From assembly GCA_046331705.1 (NCBI GenBank), contig JAXLQJ010000002.1, positions 204,370-268,369 on the forward strand: a stretch of DNA of 64,000 nt, written 5' to 3'. The notes under the pieces were generated by a model. It ran no database searches. It was given only the letters and a program-made list of their open reading frames with translations, and was not told where the DNA came from. Source of the stretch: a bacterium (GTDB taxonomy: Bacteria > JADJOY01). Positions 54,328 through 63,424 of the stretch are shown here, piece by piece. The position numbers and the translations under genes are program-made. Every line of letters starts with the position of its first letter. The first letter of the stretch is position 1.

Positions 54328-56285
54328 CGCACGGCCGCTCGGCGCGCCCCCGTCCCGCGCCGCCGCATCGCGACTCCCAGGGCGAGCGTCAGCACCATCG
54401 CAACCAGATCGCTCGGAACGCGAGCGGTTTGCGGCGCGGAATCCGCGGCGGCCTCCGCGAGCTGCGGCGTGCAACCTCCGGGAGTCTGCACGTTGCAGTC
54501 GTCGTCGATCCCGTTGGACGGGATCTCCACGGCTCCCGGGTGAACGGCGGGCGACGCATCATCGCAGTCGAGCCCGTAGTGCGGGCAGCCGCTGCTCGTC
54601 GGCACACCGTAGCCGTCGCCGTCGGCATCGATGCACGAATCGCACACGTCGCCGATTCCGTCCTCATCCCGGTCGCGCTGATTGGGATCGGCGACGTCGA
54701 CGCACAGATCGCAAGCATCGCCGGCGCCGTCGCCGTCCCAGTCGGCTTGGCTGACATCGGCAACGAGTGGGCAGTCGTCGCAGGCGTCACCAAGCCCATC
54801 GCCGTCGGTGTCGAGCTGCATCGGATCGACGACGTCGACACAATCGTCCACGTCGTCGCAAGCTCTGTCGCCGTCGGTGTCGAGACAACGGTCGCAGGAA
54901 TCTCCCAGGCCATCACCGTCGCCGTCGAGCTGTTCGGCGTTCGGCACCAGCACGCAGTCGTCACAGACGTCCGCGACTCCGTCCCCATCGGTGTCGGTGC
55001 CGGGACAAGCCTCGAGCTCCACGGCCCCCACGTCGCACCGGGCGCCGCCGTCGCCATCGCCGTCCTGCGGTCGCGGCACACCCCGCTGATCGCTGGTCGC
55101 GCACGCGGAATCGATGCCCCAGTCGATCAGGGGACTGCCGACGAGCGGCGCCTGGCTGAGCGTCGGTCCGCCGCGGTGGGTGAGCGGAGCGAGCATCGCC
55201 GAGGCCACCCCGGATCGGTCGGTCGGATCCGGCAAGCCGCAGGTGGACCCGGGGGACTCGAGGTTGCCGCCCAGCGAGACCAGCCTTCCGCTCACTTGGC
55301 AACGGCCCACCAGCGCGGAGCTCGCCATCGTCAGCTCGAAGCTGCTCGCGATCGCCGGCGAAGCGATCAGCGCGGGATCGCGCACGATCGTCACGTTCCG
55401 GAGCGCGACGCTGCCCGAGCTCGCGAGCTCCCCGCCTGCAGCGGACCCGACGTTCGCGCTCAGCGTCACGTTGGAGAGCGTGGCCACTCCCGTGATGCCG
55501 ATCCCGCCCGCGGTGCCACCGCCGACGTCGGAGGCGGTGTTGCGCGTGATCAGCGACGAGTCGACCGTGAGCACGCCGGAGCTCGAGATGCCGCCGCCGA
55601 AGCCCGCGCCGGCCGGCACGCAACACGGCAAGCATTGGGGGCTGCACCACCCCGGCGCTCCCAGGGCGAGGTTGTCCGTGACCGTCGTATCGACGAGCGC
55701 GAGCTGGTTGCCGTTGCTGATTCCGCCACCGGAGGCGCTGCCCCCGAAGATGGCGCCGCTCGCGCCGCTGGCATCGACACGGCAACGCACCAAGGTGAGG
55801 TTGCCGGCGTTGCGCACTCCGCCGCCGGGGTTCGCGCTCCCTCGTGTGAAGCGCACACCGTCGAAGACCACCGTGCCGCTGTGCACGTCGAGGACGCGGT
55901 CGATGAAGTGCGCGTCGATCGTGCTCGTGCCGGGCGCGACCGCCGCTACCTCGAGATCGCCGCGGACGTCGAGATCGCCGGTCGCGCCTGCGTCTTCGTC
56001 GCGACCCAGAACACCGAGCGAATACGAGCCGGCAGGCAACACGATCCGGTCGCTCCCCGCCCCCGCGGTGCAACCATCCACGGACACGTCACCGTTCGCC
56101 GCGAGAATCGCCTCGCGCAACGTGCAGTTGCCGTTCGGCGGCAGATCGAGGTCGTCGGCGGTGGAGTCGACGGTGATCGTGCTGCCGCTGGCGACCGATG
56201 CGGCGACGACGAGCGGCATCACGGCGCGCACGACCCGCCGCGGAAGCGGCCCGCGAACCTTCTGCCAAAGCGCCGCTGATCTCAT
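54324..56285 (-). CDS. CSLREA-domain / beta-helix surface protein with thrombospondin type-3 repeats and C-terminal anchor
   Basis: GNCTLREAILAAN, GDLDV, GGGISN repeats, SDQRGVPRPQDGDGDGGARCDVGAVE, DGDGxGDxCD repeats, hydrophobic plus RRR tail. Confidence 0.85.
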   Translation of the reverse strand: MRSAALWQKVRGPLPRRVVRAVMPLVVAASVASGSTITVDSTADDLDLPPNGNCTLREAILAANGDVSVDGCTAGAGSDRIVLPAGSYSLGVLGRDEDAGATGDLDVRGDLEVAAVAPGTSTIDAHFIDRVLDVHSGTVVFDGVRFTRGSANPGGGVRNAGNLTLVRCRVDASGASGAIFGGSASGGGISNGNQLALVDTTVTDNLALGAPGWCSPQCLPCCVPAGAGFGGGISSSGVLTVDSSLITRNTASDVGGGTAGGIGITGVATLSNVTLSANVGSAAGGELASSGSVALRNVTIVRDPALIASPAIASSFELTMASSALVGRCQVSGRLVSLGGNLESPGSTCGLPDPTDRSGVASAMLAPLTHRGGPTLSQAPLVGSPLIDWGIDSACATSDQRGVPRPQDGDGDGGARCDVGAVELEACPGTDTDGDGVADVCDDCVLVPNAEQLDGDGDGLGDSCDRCLDTDGDRACDDVDDCVDVVDPMQLDTDGDGLGDACDDCPLVADVSQADWDGDGAGDACDLCVDVADPNQRDRDEDGIGDVCDSCIDADGDGYGVPTSSGCPHYGLDCDDASPAVHPGAVEIPSNGIDDDCNVQTPGGCTPQLAEAAADSAPQTARVPSDLVAMVLTLALGVAMRRRGTGARRAAVR

Positions 56286-56448
56286 CGCGTGTTGCCGACG
56301 GAGGTCGCGCACGACGAGTGCCGCCTTCCGGTCGGTCGACCCTACGCCCCGACGACGACGGACCGCAACTCCGCGCATGACCCGCAGCCGCTGCCGCGGT
56401 CCGCGAAGCACGCGGGGTTGGGACCCGAGTCGCTCCCAGGGCGTCGCG

Positions 56449-57543
56449 TCAGCGCGCGAGCCAGCGATCGATACGCGGCAGCAGCTTCCGAAAGACGTAG
56501 TCCCCAGCGCGGCGCCGGAGCGGCGAATCGCGCCGCGTGAGCCGGAAGAGGTAGGGATAGAGCTGCGATCGGTGGTAGTGCTCGCCGCCTGCGACGTGCC
56601 GCGCGGCGAGACGCCCGCTCTCGATCGCGGGAGTGATCCCGTTCCAGAAGTCGCGGTGCAGCACCGCGGCGGCGTCTCCCACCAGCAAGCAAGTGCCGTC
56701 GTGAGTGGTCACGGGACAATCGGGCTGCGCCAGATGGATGCCGGCACCGATGGCGCTCTCGCGATCGAAGTCACGCGGTAGACGCCCCTCGCTCACGAGC
56801 GTCGCGACGAAGGCGTCCCAGAGCTCGTTGATCGACGTGGTCGTCGCCGGATCTCCAACCTGGCAGAGGCCCACGTTGGTGAGCCGTCCGTCGCGCCCCT
56901 TCGGGTACACCCAGCCGAATCCCACGGCGCCGTTGGCGTAGAAGTAGCTCGTCATCTCGCCGCCGTGACAGGCGTGGTCGAGCTCGACCTCCTTGAGCAG
57001 CACGAGGTCGTCGCGCCGGAAGCCGATCTCGGGGAAGAAGCGCCGGCGCACCGGACAGCTCGGTCCGCCGGCGCCGATCAGGTGGTCGGCGGTGATGGTC
57101 TCCCGCCCGAGGCGCAGGCGATAACGAGGCGCTCGTCCGGTGGGGTCGTGCTCGATGTCGCCTGGTGCCACGCGGCATTCGGTGCGGAGCTCGGCGCTAC
57201 CGAGGGAAAGGATCCACTCCTCCAGCTCGCCGCGCAGCACGAAGTAGAGGCGCTCGTCGAAGAAGGGCTTCACCCAGCGCTCCGGGAAGGCGCCGAAGCG
57301 ACGGCCGCCGAAGACCATGCGGATCTTGGCGGGATCCATCTCGAGGATCTCCCCGGGGTAGTCCGCGGGAGTCTTGTCGAGGAGCGTGAAGGTGCTCGTG
57401 AAGATGCCCGAGCACACGTGGCTCTTGCGCGGCATGGCCGTCGCCTCGACGACCAGCGCGCGCTTTCCGGCCCGCGACAGGAAGGCTGCGGCCGCGCCGC
57501 CGCCCACCCCGGCGCCGATCACCACCACGTCGTGATGGCTCAT
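56449..57543 (-). CDS. FAD-dependent oxidoreductase, geranylgeranyl reductase-like
   Basis: VIGAGVGG, GFGWVYPK, LLVGDAA, GITPAIESG. Confidence 0.85.
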   Translation of the reverse strand: MSHHDVVVIGAGVGGGAAAAFLSRAGKRALVVEATAMPRKSHVCSGIFTSTFTLLDKTPADYPGEILEMDPAKIRMVFGGRRFGAFPERWVKPFFDERLYFVLRGELEEWILSLGSAELRTECRVAPGDIEHDPTGRAPRYRLRLGRETITADHLIGAGGPSCPVRRRFFPEIGFRRDDLVLLKEVELDHACHGGEMTSYFYANGAVGFGWVYPKGRDGRLTNVGLCQVGDPATTTSINELWDAFVATLVSEGRLPRDFDRESAIGAGIHLAQPDCPVTTHDGTCLLVGDAAAVLHRDFWNGITPAIESGRLAARHVAGGEHYHRSQLYPYLFRLTRRDSPLRRRAGDYVFRKLLPRIDRWLAR

Positions 57544-57953
57544 CGAAGCCGCGACAACCCCTTGCGGATTCCCGTCTCGAGCCCGGCGCGGACGAGTGGG
57601 CCGAGAAAGGGGATGAACGTGCGGAACTCGATCGTGTAGTGAAGCCGCGAGCCGCCGCTCGGCGTGGCGGAGAAGCGCATCACGCCCTTGTGGTTCCGAA
57701 GCGGTGTCCCGCGGGTGATGCGGTACTCGACCAGCTCGTCCTTCCGAAACGCCGTCACCGTCTCGTCGAAGCTCGGTAGCGGTCCGATGCGCAGCGTGCG
57801 CACCGAGCCCAAACCGTTGAGCGAGTCCGTGCCGTCGCGGGTCCGCTTGATCTTGGCGCCGAGCACTGGCCCGAGCTTCTCGTGGTCGCTGAGCAAAGCG
57901 AAGAGCTCCTCGAGCGGCCGCTGGAACTCCATGTCGATCTCGATTCGCTGCAT
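57540..57953 (-). CDS. SRPBCC (START-like) family protein
   Basis: LFALLSDHE, GLGSVRTL, EYRITRGTPLRNHKG; AAGGA RBS. Confidence 0.85.
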   Translation of the reverse strand: MQRIEIDMEFQRPLEELFALLSDHEKLGPVLGAKIKRTRDGTDSLNGLGSVRTLRIGPLPSFDETVTAFRKDELVEYRITRGTPLRNHKGVMRFSATPSGGSRLHYTIEFRTFIPFLGPLVRAGLETGIRKGLSRLR

Positions 57954-58000
57954 GAGCCTCGTTCCTTCTCGTGGGGTGCGTGTTCGCACCGGTCGCGGGA

Positions 58001-58315
58001 CTATTCCTCCTCCCAGCGCTGCTCGACCAGTCGGTTGAAGGCCTGGACGAGCACCCCCGTGCCAGGCGCGACCGCGTGGAGGTCGAGATCGGCGAGGCGC
58101 CCCAGGCCGGCCTCGGCGAGGGCTTGCGCGAGCGCCGGCGACTCTCGGCACGCGCGCGTGAGCTCGGCGAGCTGACGCACCTCGTCCCGTTGGTTGTCGC
58201 CCTGCTCGCGAACTCGCACCTTCATGCGCATCACGCTGGGCTCGCGGGCGAAGCGGGCGAGCACGCTGGCGAGCGCGACGAAGGCTTCATCCTGCGTGAG
58301 TGACGATCCGTTCAC
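58001..58315 (-). CDS. Hypothetical helical protein
   Basis: GAGGAG RBS before GTG; collinear with flanking minus-strand genes. Confidence 0.6.
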   Translation of the reverse strand: MNGSSLTQDEAFVALASVLARFAREPSVMRMKVRVREQGDNQRDEVRQLAELTRACRESPALAQALAEAGLGRLADLDLHAVAPGTGVLVQAFNRLVEQRWEEE

Positions 58316-58383
58316 GAGGCGCTCCTCTCGGCCATCGGCCGCCCGCCCGGGGCCCTTCCGCTCGCTCCGCCGATCGACGCGAC

Positions 58384-59319
58384 TCAGCCGCCGGCGATGT
58401 GCGCGCGCATCTCGGTGAGCAACCCGGCGGCGAGGTCCGCCTGCGCCGGCTCGCCGCCCAGGTAAGGCAACACTTCCGCGTCGCCCTTCAGGTACCAGTC
58501 GAACCAGGCGGTGAAATACCGGCGTGCCAAACGGTGCTGGTGATCCTCGACCTGGATCGTGCGCTCACAATCGCCGAGCGCGGGACCGAGGACGTCGCCG
58601 AGCGAGCCCTCGTCGGTGAACCCCGAGTGGTTGCCACCCGCGATCACGATGAGCTGCTTGTCGGCGCGATACAGCGCCTCGTAGGTCGTGATGTCACCGG
58701 TGTAGCCCGCCTGGCAGTCGAGATCGCCGGCGATGAGCAGCATTGGACGTTCGATCAACGGCGGTGCCGAGTCGACCAAGCCGCCCAGCCCCATGGTGGC
58801 GAAAGCGAGAACGTTCGGATCCTCGATGGCGAGCTGGGTCGCCGTTCCCGCGCCCATCGAGTGGCCGATGATCCCGCGCCGCGTGGAGTCCACGAGACCG
58901 AAGATCGGCCGGCCCGGAGTCGCGCTCTCCGATTCCAGCGCAGCGAATCCTCCCCGGGCACCCTCGTCCTGCCCGTATTCCGGTGCGCCGCAGAAGGTCG
59001 GATCGGTGAACGTGAGCACCACGTAGCCGTGGCTGGCGAGGTGGTTGCCCACCCAGGTCTGCCAGGCGGCGATGGCGCAATAACCGGGTGCCATGACGAT
59101 CGCGGGAAAAGGCGCTGCTTCCATGGACGTGGGGTAGACGATCGTCGACTGCGCCGTGCCGTGCTCGGTCGCGTAGAAGTACTCGTAGCTCGCGGTGGCG
59201 TAGGGACCCGGCTCGTCGATCGGCTGCGCGGGAGGCGGATCGGCGAGCGGTGGACAGGCCGCGGGGCCGGCGCCAAGGGTCGTGAAAAGCAACCCGATCC
59301 AGAGCCACGAGCTCTTCAT
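58384..59319 (-). CDS. Secreted alpha/beta hydrolase, cutinase/chlorophyllase-like
   Basis: APGYCA, HLASHGYVV, GHSMG, IAGDLD, GGNHSGF. Confidence 0.85.
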   Translation of the reverse strand: MKSSWLWIGLLFTTLGAGPAACPPLADPPPAQPIDEPGPYATASYEYFYATEHGTAQSTIVYPTSMEAAPFPAIVMAPGYCAIAAWQTWVGNHLASHGYVVLTFTDPTFCGAPEYGQDEGARGGFAALESESATPGRPIFGLVDSTRRGIIGHSMGAGTATQLAIEDPNVLAFATMGLGGLVDSAPPLIERPMLLIAGDLDCQAGYTGDITTYEALYRADKQLIVIAGGNHSGFTDEGSLGDVLGPALGDCERTIQVEDHQHRLARRYFTAWFDWYLKGDAEVLPYLGGEPAQADLAAGLLTEMRAHIAGG

Positions 59320-59503
59320 CCGAGATGTTTGCGTGCTCCTCGCCATCGCCCGTCTCCGTTTCGCGTCAGCGCCAAAGATGAATTGTGCCCCATTCGTCGC
59401 GGGGCCATCCACCGCCGTGGTGTGACTGCACCGCGCTCCGGCGCCGTGCTCGACGAACGCGTGTCGCTTCCGTTCGCTGCGCGTGTGCTCGCGGCGCTCG
59501 CGG

Positions 59504-60286
59504 TCAGAATCGCGATGTGGTGCCACCGCCGAGGACCGCTCCGTGGAGCGACGGAATCCGCATCGGGCCGCTCGCCTCGGACAACCCCGAGATCAGGACA
59601 CTGCGGAAACGTAAGGAGTCGAGAAAGAAGCTGCTGGTGAGGTTGCCGTCGTTCGTGACTTGGATGTGAGGCGTGACTGTCTGCCCCGCATACGCCGAAA
59701 AATCGGCCAGAAAGTAATACTCGATCCAATTGGTGCCCGTGTTGAAGCTGGAGCAGATCACGATCCCATCCACGGCAGCCGCGTCGATGAAGAGCCGCAC
59801 GGCGTCGGCGGGTGTGACCTGGCTGCAATTGGTCTCGTCGCTGTTGATCTGGTAGCGGAAGAATAGGTACGACGGCGGCGTGCCCGGCGGGACCGTGATG
59901 GTCTGCGAGAGATCGCCGATCTCCCCGTTGGCACCGCCCAACCACGCCAACCAGGAGCCGGTGTGCGCAGCCGGGGCGCCGCCGTCACCTTGCTGCACCA
60001 ACAGTTCGCCGGGGAAGAACGTGGAGGACTCGGTCCAGGCCACGTGGCCCAAGTCGAAGCTCGCGTTCGCCAGCACCGGCGCGGGCGCATAAGCGCCCCA
60101 CGCACCGATGTCCATGGTTTCGAAGTCGTCGGCAAAGATCGTGTCGACCGGGGACCTCCGATCATCCTGCGAGAAGTCGTGCGCGACCGTGCGACGCAGC
60201 GCATCGGGCGCCGCGGCAACAGCCGTGTCACTCACGCCGAACGCGGCCGTGACCAGGATCGAAACAACCGAGCTTCGCACGCTCAT
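59504..60286 (-). CDS. Secreted protein with jelly-roll (carbohydrate-binding-like) domain
   Basis: Signal peptide; LANASFD, AHTGSWLAWLGG, LSQTITVP, DFSAYAGQTV, SFFLDS. Confidence 0.7.
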   Translation of the reverse strand: MSVRSSVVSILVTAAFGVSDTAVAAAPDALRRTVAHDFSQDDRRSPVDTIFADDFETMDIGAWGAYAPAPVLANASFDLGHVAWTESSTFFPGELLVQQGDGGAPAAHTGSWLAWLGGANGEIGDLSQTITVPPGTPPSYLFFRYQINSDETNCSQVTPADAVRLFIDAAAVDGIVICSSFNTGTNWIEYYFLADFSAYAGQTVTPHIQVTNDGNLTSSFFLDSLRFRSVLISGLSEASGPMRIPSLHGAVLGGGTTSRF

Positions 60287-60509
60287 CCTCACACCTCTCG
60301 GATCCTCGGGTCGGTCCATCTCTTTCCAGATTGCCACGTTCCCTCACGCGGCGACACACGCGCGACGAGGCTGACGACACGCGAGGGCGGAATCGGTGAG
60401 CCGGTCGCGAAGACTCTGGCGATGGGCACCGTGCCGTCTCGGATCGCTCCCCCGGCTGGTCTGCTGCGCGACCCGCGTGCCGCTGCGGTCGGAGCCATCG
60501 GTCCGCGAC

Positions 60510-60601
60510 GACGCCGCGCGCCGCTCAGCAGCGGCCACGGACTACCACGCGATCAACCCTGCGCGTCCCGGGGTGCCGTCTGCTGCAGCGCGTAGTTAAG
60601 G
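60510..60601 (-). mobile_element. Terminal attC site with degenerate R' box
   Basis: Minus strand CCTTAAC (contains toxin stop)-TACG-CGCTGCAGCAG...CTGCTGAGCG; GTTRRRY not present. Confidence 0.65.
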
Positions 60602-60931
60602 CCCGATGATTTCATTGAGGCCCTCAAGCACGAGACTGAGCTCCTCGGCGCTTGCTTCACCAAGGCGGCGGCCTATTCGCTCAGTCGACAACGTACGAAT
60701 CTGGCTGATCTTCACCCAAGAACGCTTTGGTAACGGTGCGTGGAGTTCCAAGGTGAGTGGATACGGTGCCCGCTGAGGCTGGGAGGTAAGGGCGAGGGCT
60801 ATTACCGTTCCAGAGCGATCGTTGAAGACATCATGGCTCAGGATCAGCACGGGACGTTCACCCGCCTGCTCCCGACCCCGTACGGGATCGAGTGACGCCC
60901 AGCGAATCTCGCCGCGACGGATTCGCGCCAA
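60596..60931 (-). CDS. mazF: Type II toxin, PemK/MazF family endoribonuclease
   Basis: RRGEIRWASLDPVRGREQAGERPVLILS, SQIRTLSTERI. Confidence 0.92.
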   Translation of the reverse strand: MARIRRGEIRWASLDPVRGREQAGERPVLILSHDVFNDRSGTVIALALTSQPQRAPYPLTLELHAPLPKRSWVKISQIRTLSTERIGRRLGEASAEELSLVLEGLNEIIGP

Positions 60932-61174
60932 TCAGTACTCCGGCCAGTCTGCGGCGTCGGCCGCGAGACCGGATTCCGCTAGGGCGCGCTCTTCCGCTAC
61001 GTCGAGAAGCCGGCAGGCATCCGCAAGGCGCGTTCGCCGAAGCCGCCTCAACGCCGCGGCGACGGCAGCCTCGATCGCGTGACTCCGGTTCGGGAACCGT
61101 CCGGCCTCGACCAGCGCGTCGAGCTCACCGAGCAAGTCCGACTCCACCGTGACGGCGACCTTAGTCTTCGGCAT
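60932..61174 (-). CDS. Ribbon-helix-helix antitoxin
   Basis: KTKVAVTV...ELDALV...FPNRSHAIE; GGAGG RBS; abuts toxin start. Confidence 0.9.
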   Translation of the reverse strand: MPKTKVAVTVESDLLGELDALVEAGRFPNRSHAIEAAVAAALRRLRRTRLADACRLLDVAEERALAESGLAADAADWPEY

Positions 61175-61187
61175 GGCTCCAACCTCC

Positions 61188-61208
61188 GGTATGACCATAC
61201 ATCATACC
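61188..61208. promoter_or_regulatory. TA operator palindrome GGTATGA-N7-TCATACC
   Basis: Perfect 7-bp inverted repeat just upstream of the antitoxin RBS, overlapping TATGAT/TATGGT -10-like hexamers. Confidence 0.8.
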
Positions 61209-61230
61209 GCAGCCAACTGCCAAATACTGG

Positions 61231-61257
61231 CCCTAACACCGCGCTCACCTGCGGCGC
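61231..61257 (-). mobile_element. Right half of an attC site (L'-R'), interrupted by IS110
   Basis: Minus strand CAGGTGAGCGCGGT-GTTAGGG immediately precedes the TA cassette; the matching left half is absent. Confidence 0.75.
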
Positions 61258-61292
61258 TGGTGCTGTCGAAAACCCCAACCGGAGGAAGCCCA

Positions 61293-62205
61293 ATGCGATT
61301 CTACACCGGCCAACACGACCACTACTGCGGCACCGATCTGCACGCGCGATCGATGTACCTCTGTGTCCTCGATCGCGCTGGCGAGGTCCGACTTCATCGG
61401 GACTTCCCGGCCAGCCCGGAGTCCTTCCTTCGCGCCGTCGCGCCCTTCCGCGAAGGGCTCGTCGTCGGAGCCGAGTGCATGTTCACCTGGTACTGGCTCG
61501 CCGACCGCTGCGCCGCCGAGAACATCCCGTTCGTGCTCGGCCACGCCCTCTACATGAAGGCGATCCACGGCGGGAAGAGCAAGAACGATCGCATCGACAG
61601 CCTCGAGACCGCCACGCTGCTGCGCGGCGGCGCCATAGCGCATGCCTACGTCTACCCGCCGAAGATGAGGGCGACGCGGGCCCTCCTTCGTCGACGGACG
61701 CGGATGGTACCCCGGCGCGCCGAGCTGATCGCCCACGTTCAGAACACCCACCACCCGTACAACCTCGCGGCGCCCGGGCCGCGGCTCGCGTACACCGGCA
61801 ATCACGAAGGCGTCCCGGAGCACTTCCGTGATCCGACGGTGCGCCGCAGCGTCGAGCTCGACCTCGAGCTGGCGCGGATCCTCGGTGAGCGCATTACCGA
61901 CCTCGAGCTTTACCTGGTGCGGCAAGCGAAGGAGCACGACCCGAACGCCTTCCATCTGCTGCGCTCGATTCCTGGCGTCGGCAAGATTCTCGCGCTCACG
62001 ATCCTCTACGAGGTCCACACGATCGAGCGCTTCCCGCGCGTGCAGGATTTCGCGTCGTATTGCCGGCTGGTGAAATGCAGTCGTGAGTCCGCGGGCAAGA
62101 TCCACGGCACCGGCGGCGCCAAGATCGGGAACGTTCACCTCAAGTGGGCCTACTCGGAAGCCGCAACGCTCTTCCTGCACGGCAACCCCGAAGGCCAGCG
62201 GCTAC
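61293..62205 (+). mobile_element. IS110-family transposase, apparently C-terminally truncated (ORF runs on to 62345 in unrelated sequence)
   Basis: GGAGG RBS; YCGTDLH, AECMFTWYWL, KNDRID (DEDD RuvC-like), SIPGVG, RESAG catalytic Ser region; resemblance ends after GNPEGQRL. Confidence 0.9.
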
Positions 62206-62293
62206 GGGGGGCCTTGATCGGGGTAGTGATCGTGGACTCCGGCTCATTGTTTGAATGGAGGAATGCCCGGGTTGATTCCTTTACACGAGGCAG

Positions 62294-62444
62294 GTCGAAC
62301 GACCTGCCGTTCAGCAGCCAACGCCAAGGTCGCGTACGAGCGTAACACGGCCGCGGGCCGCGGGTGCAGCCCGCGGCGTCGCGGCATGAGCCCAACTCCG
62401 AGCGGAAGCGCGTGGCGCTCGACTGCTGCAACGGCCGGTTGGGC
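62294..62444 (-). mobile_element. attC site (151 bp)
   Basis: Minus strand GCCCAAC-CGGC-CGTTGCAGC...GCTGAACG-GCAGGTC-GTTCGAC; extra base in L''; 7 bp after cassette stop. Confidence 0.8.
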
Positions 62445-62451
62445 AGCGCTT

Positions 62452-62757
62452 CTAGGGTGAGGTCTTGTCTTCGGCCTTGAGAAGCTCGACTGCTCGGTGG
62501 GTCACCATCTTCACGACGCGATCGTCGGTATTCAGAAGGCGTCCGACGAGCGACGGCCTCCGCCGGATCTCCTCCATGAGGAGCTTCGCATATGCGTCTT
62601 TGTCCTCCGACTTCCAGAGACCGCTCGCGTGATGGTGGAACACGTGGCACGCCTCGTTGAGGATCTTCGAGATGCGCGCGCTGTCCTCAGGGTCGGAGCC
62701 CAACTCGTAGGCGACATCCGTCCAGCCGTCATTCTTGGGGAGTTTCTCGTGCGCCAC
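62452..62757 (-). CDS. Integron cassette hypothetical protein (101 aa)
   Basis: Single ORF starting 7 bp after GTTGGGC and ending 7 bp before the next attC. Confidence 0.75.
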   Translation of the reverse strand: MAHEKLPKNDGWTDVAYELGSDPEDSARISKILNEACHVFHHHASGLWKSEDKDAYAKLLMEEIRRRPSLVGRLLNTDDRVVKMVTHRAVELLKAEDKTSP

Positions 62758-63286
62758 GCTGTCTGCCCAACGACCTGACGTTAACTGACACCCGCCGCTT
62801 GACGGACGGGGGCCTTATAGGTGTTAGGCCGCCCTTTCGCAGGTGGTCGCTCAAGATCGGCTGGCGCTCCCGGAACCACTCAGACGCGCGCGGCTCCCAC
62901 GGCCAAATGCCGTCGGTTGTAGGATAGATGATCTGAAGGACCTCGAAGTTTTTCCCGCCGTAGAGCCACTTGTCCCATCCGAGGTAGTCGTCGAAGTGGG
63001 CCGGCGTAACGACCTCGAACTGCACCCGGAAGCCTTCAAGGAAACCCTCGTGTCGAGTCCCTGGCGCGAAGCGCTCACCGGCTCGAACCCGACTGTTGTA
63101 CTCATTGACCACGAAGTGAGCGATCGTCTGCTTCAGTCCGATCACGATGACCTCAGGGACGCCGGAGGTCTTCTGCACGCCGACCGAGTAGGAGAAGGGG
63201 GGCCCCTCCTCGTCCTCGAGCACATGGATGACGTGACAGCCGTACTTCTCGATATCGTCGAGGGCTTTCTTCTCTCCGGCGTCCAT
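62729..63286 (-). CDS. DUF4262-like cassette protein
   Basis: IEKYGCHVIHV, PPFSYSVG, PEVIVIGL, LQIIYPTTDGIWPWE...QPIL; family name from recall. Confidence 0.82.
   Translation of the reverse strand: MDAGEKKALDDIEKYGCHVIHVLEDEEGPPFSYSVGVQKTSGVPEVIVIGLKQTIAHFVVNEYNSRVRAGERFAPGTRHEGFLEGFRVQFEVVTPAHFDDYLGWDKWLYGGKNFEVLQIIYPTTDGIWPWEPRASEWFRERQPILSDHLRKGGLTPIRPPSVKRRVSVNVRSLGRQRGARETPQE
62765..62829 (-). mobile_element. attC-like site with mismatched L boxes
   Basis: Minus strand GCCTAAC...central CCCG(T)CCG/CGGCGGG stem...GTTAACG-TCAGGTC-GTTGGGC. Confidence 0.65.
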
Positions 63287-63301
63287 GAGCGTCGCTTGTC
63301 G

Positions 63302-63363
63302 GCCTAACGCAGTACTAAGCGGCGGGCGCGCAGCGACCGCCCGCCTTCAGCACTCTGTTAGGC
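63302..63363 (-). mobile_element. attC site (62 bp)
   Basis: Minus strand GCCTAAC-AGA-GTGCTGAAG-GCGGGCG...CGCCCGC-CG-CTTAGTAC-TGC-GTTAGGC; next ATG 15 bp later. Confidence 0.88.
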
Positions 63364-63424
63364 CATGGTGCCACCGGAAAGCGGAGCCGGCCAGCTACAT
63401 GCGAAAGGCACGAGACGTCTGAAT

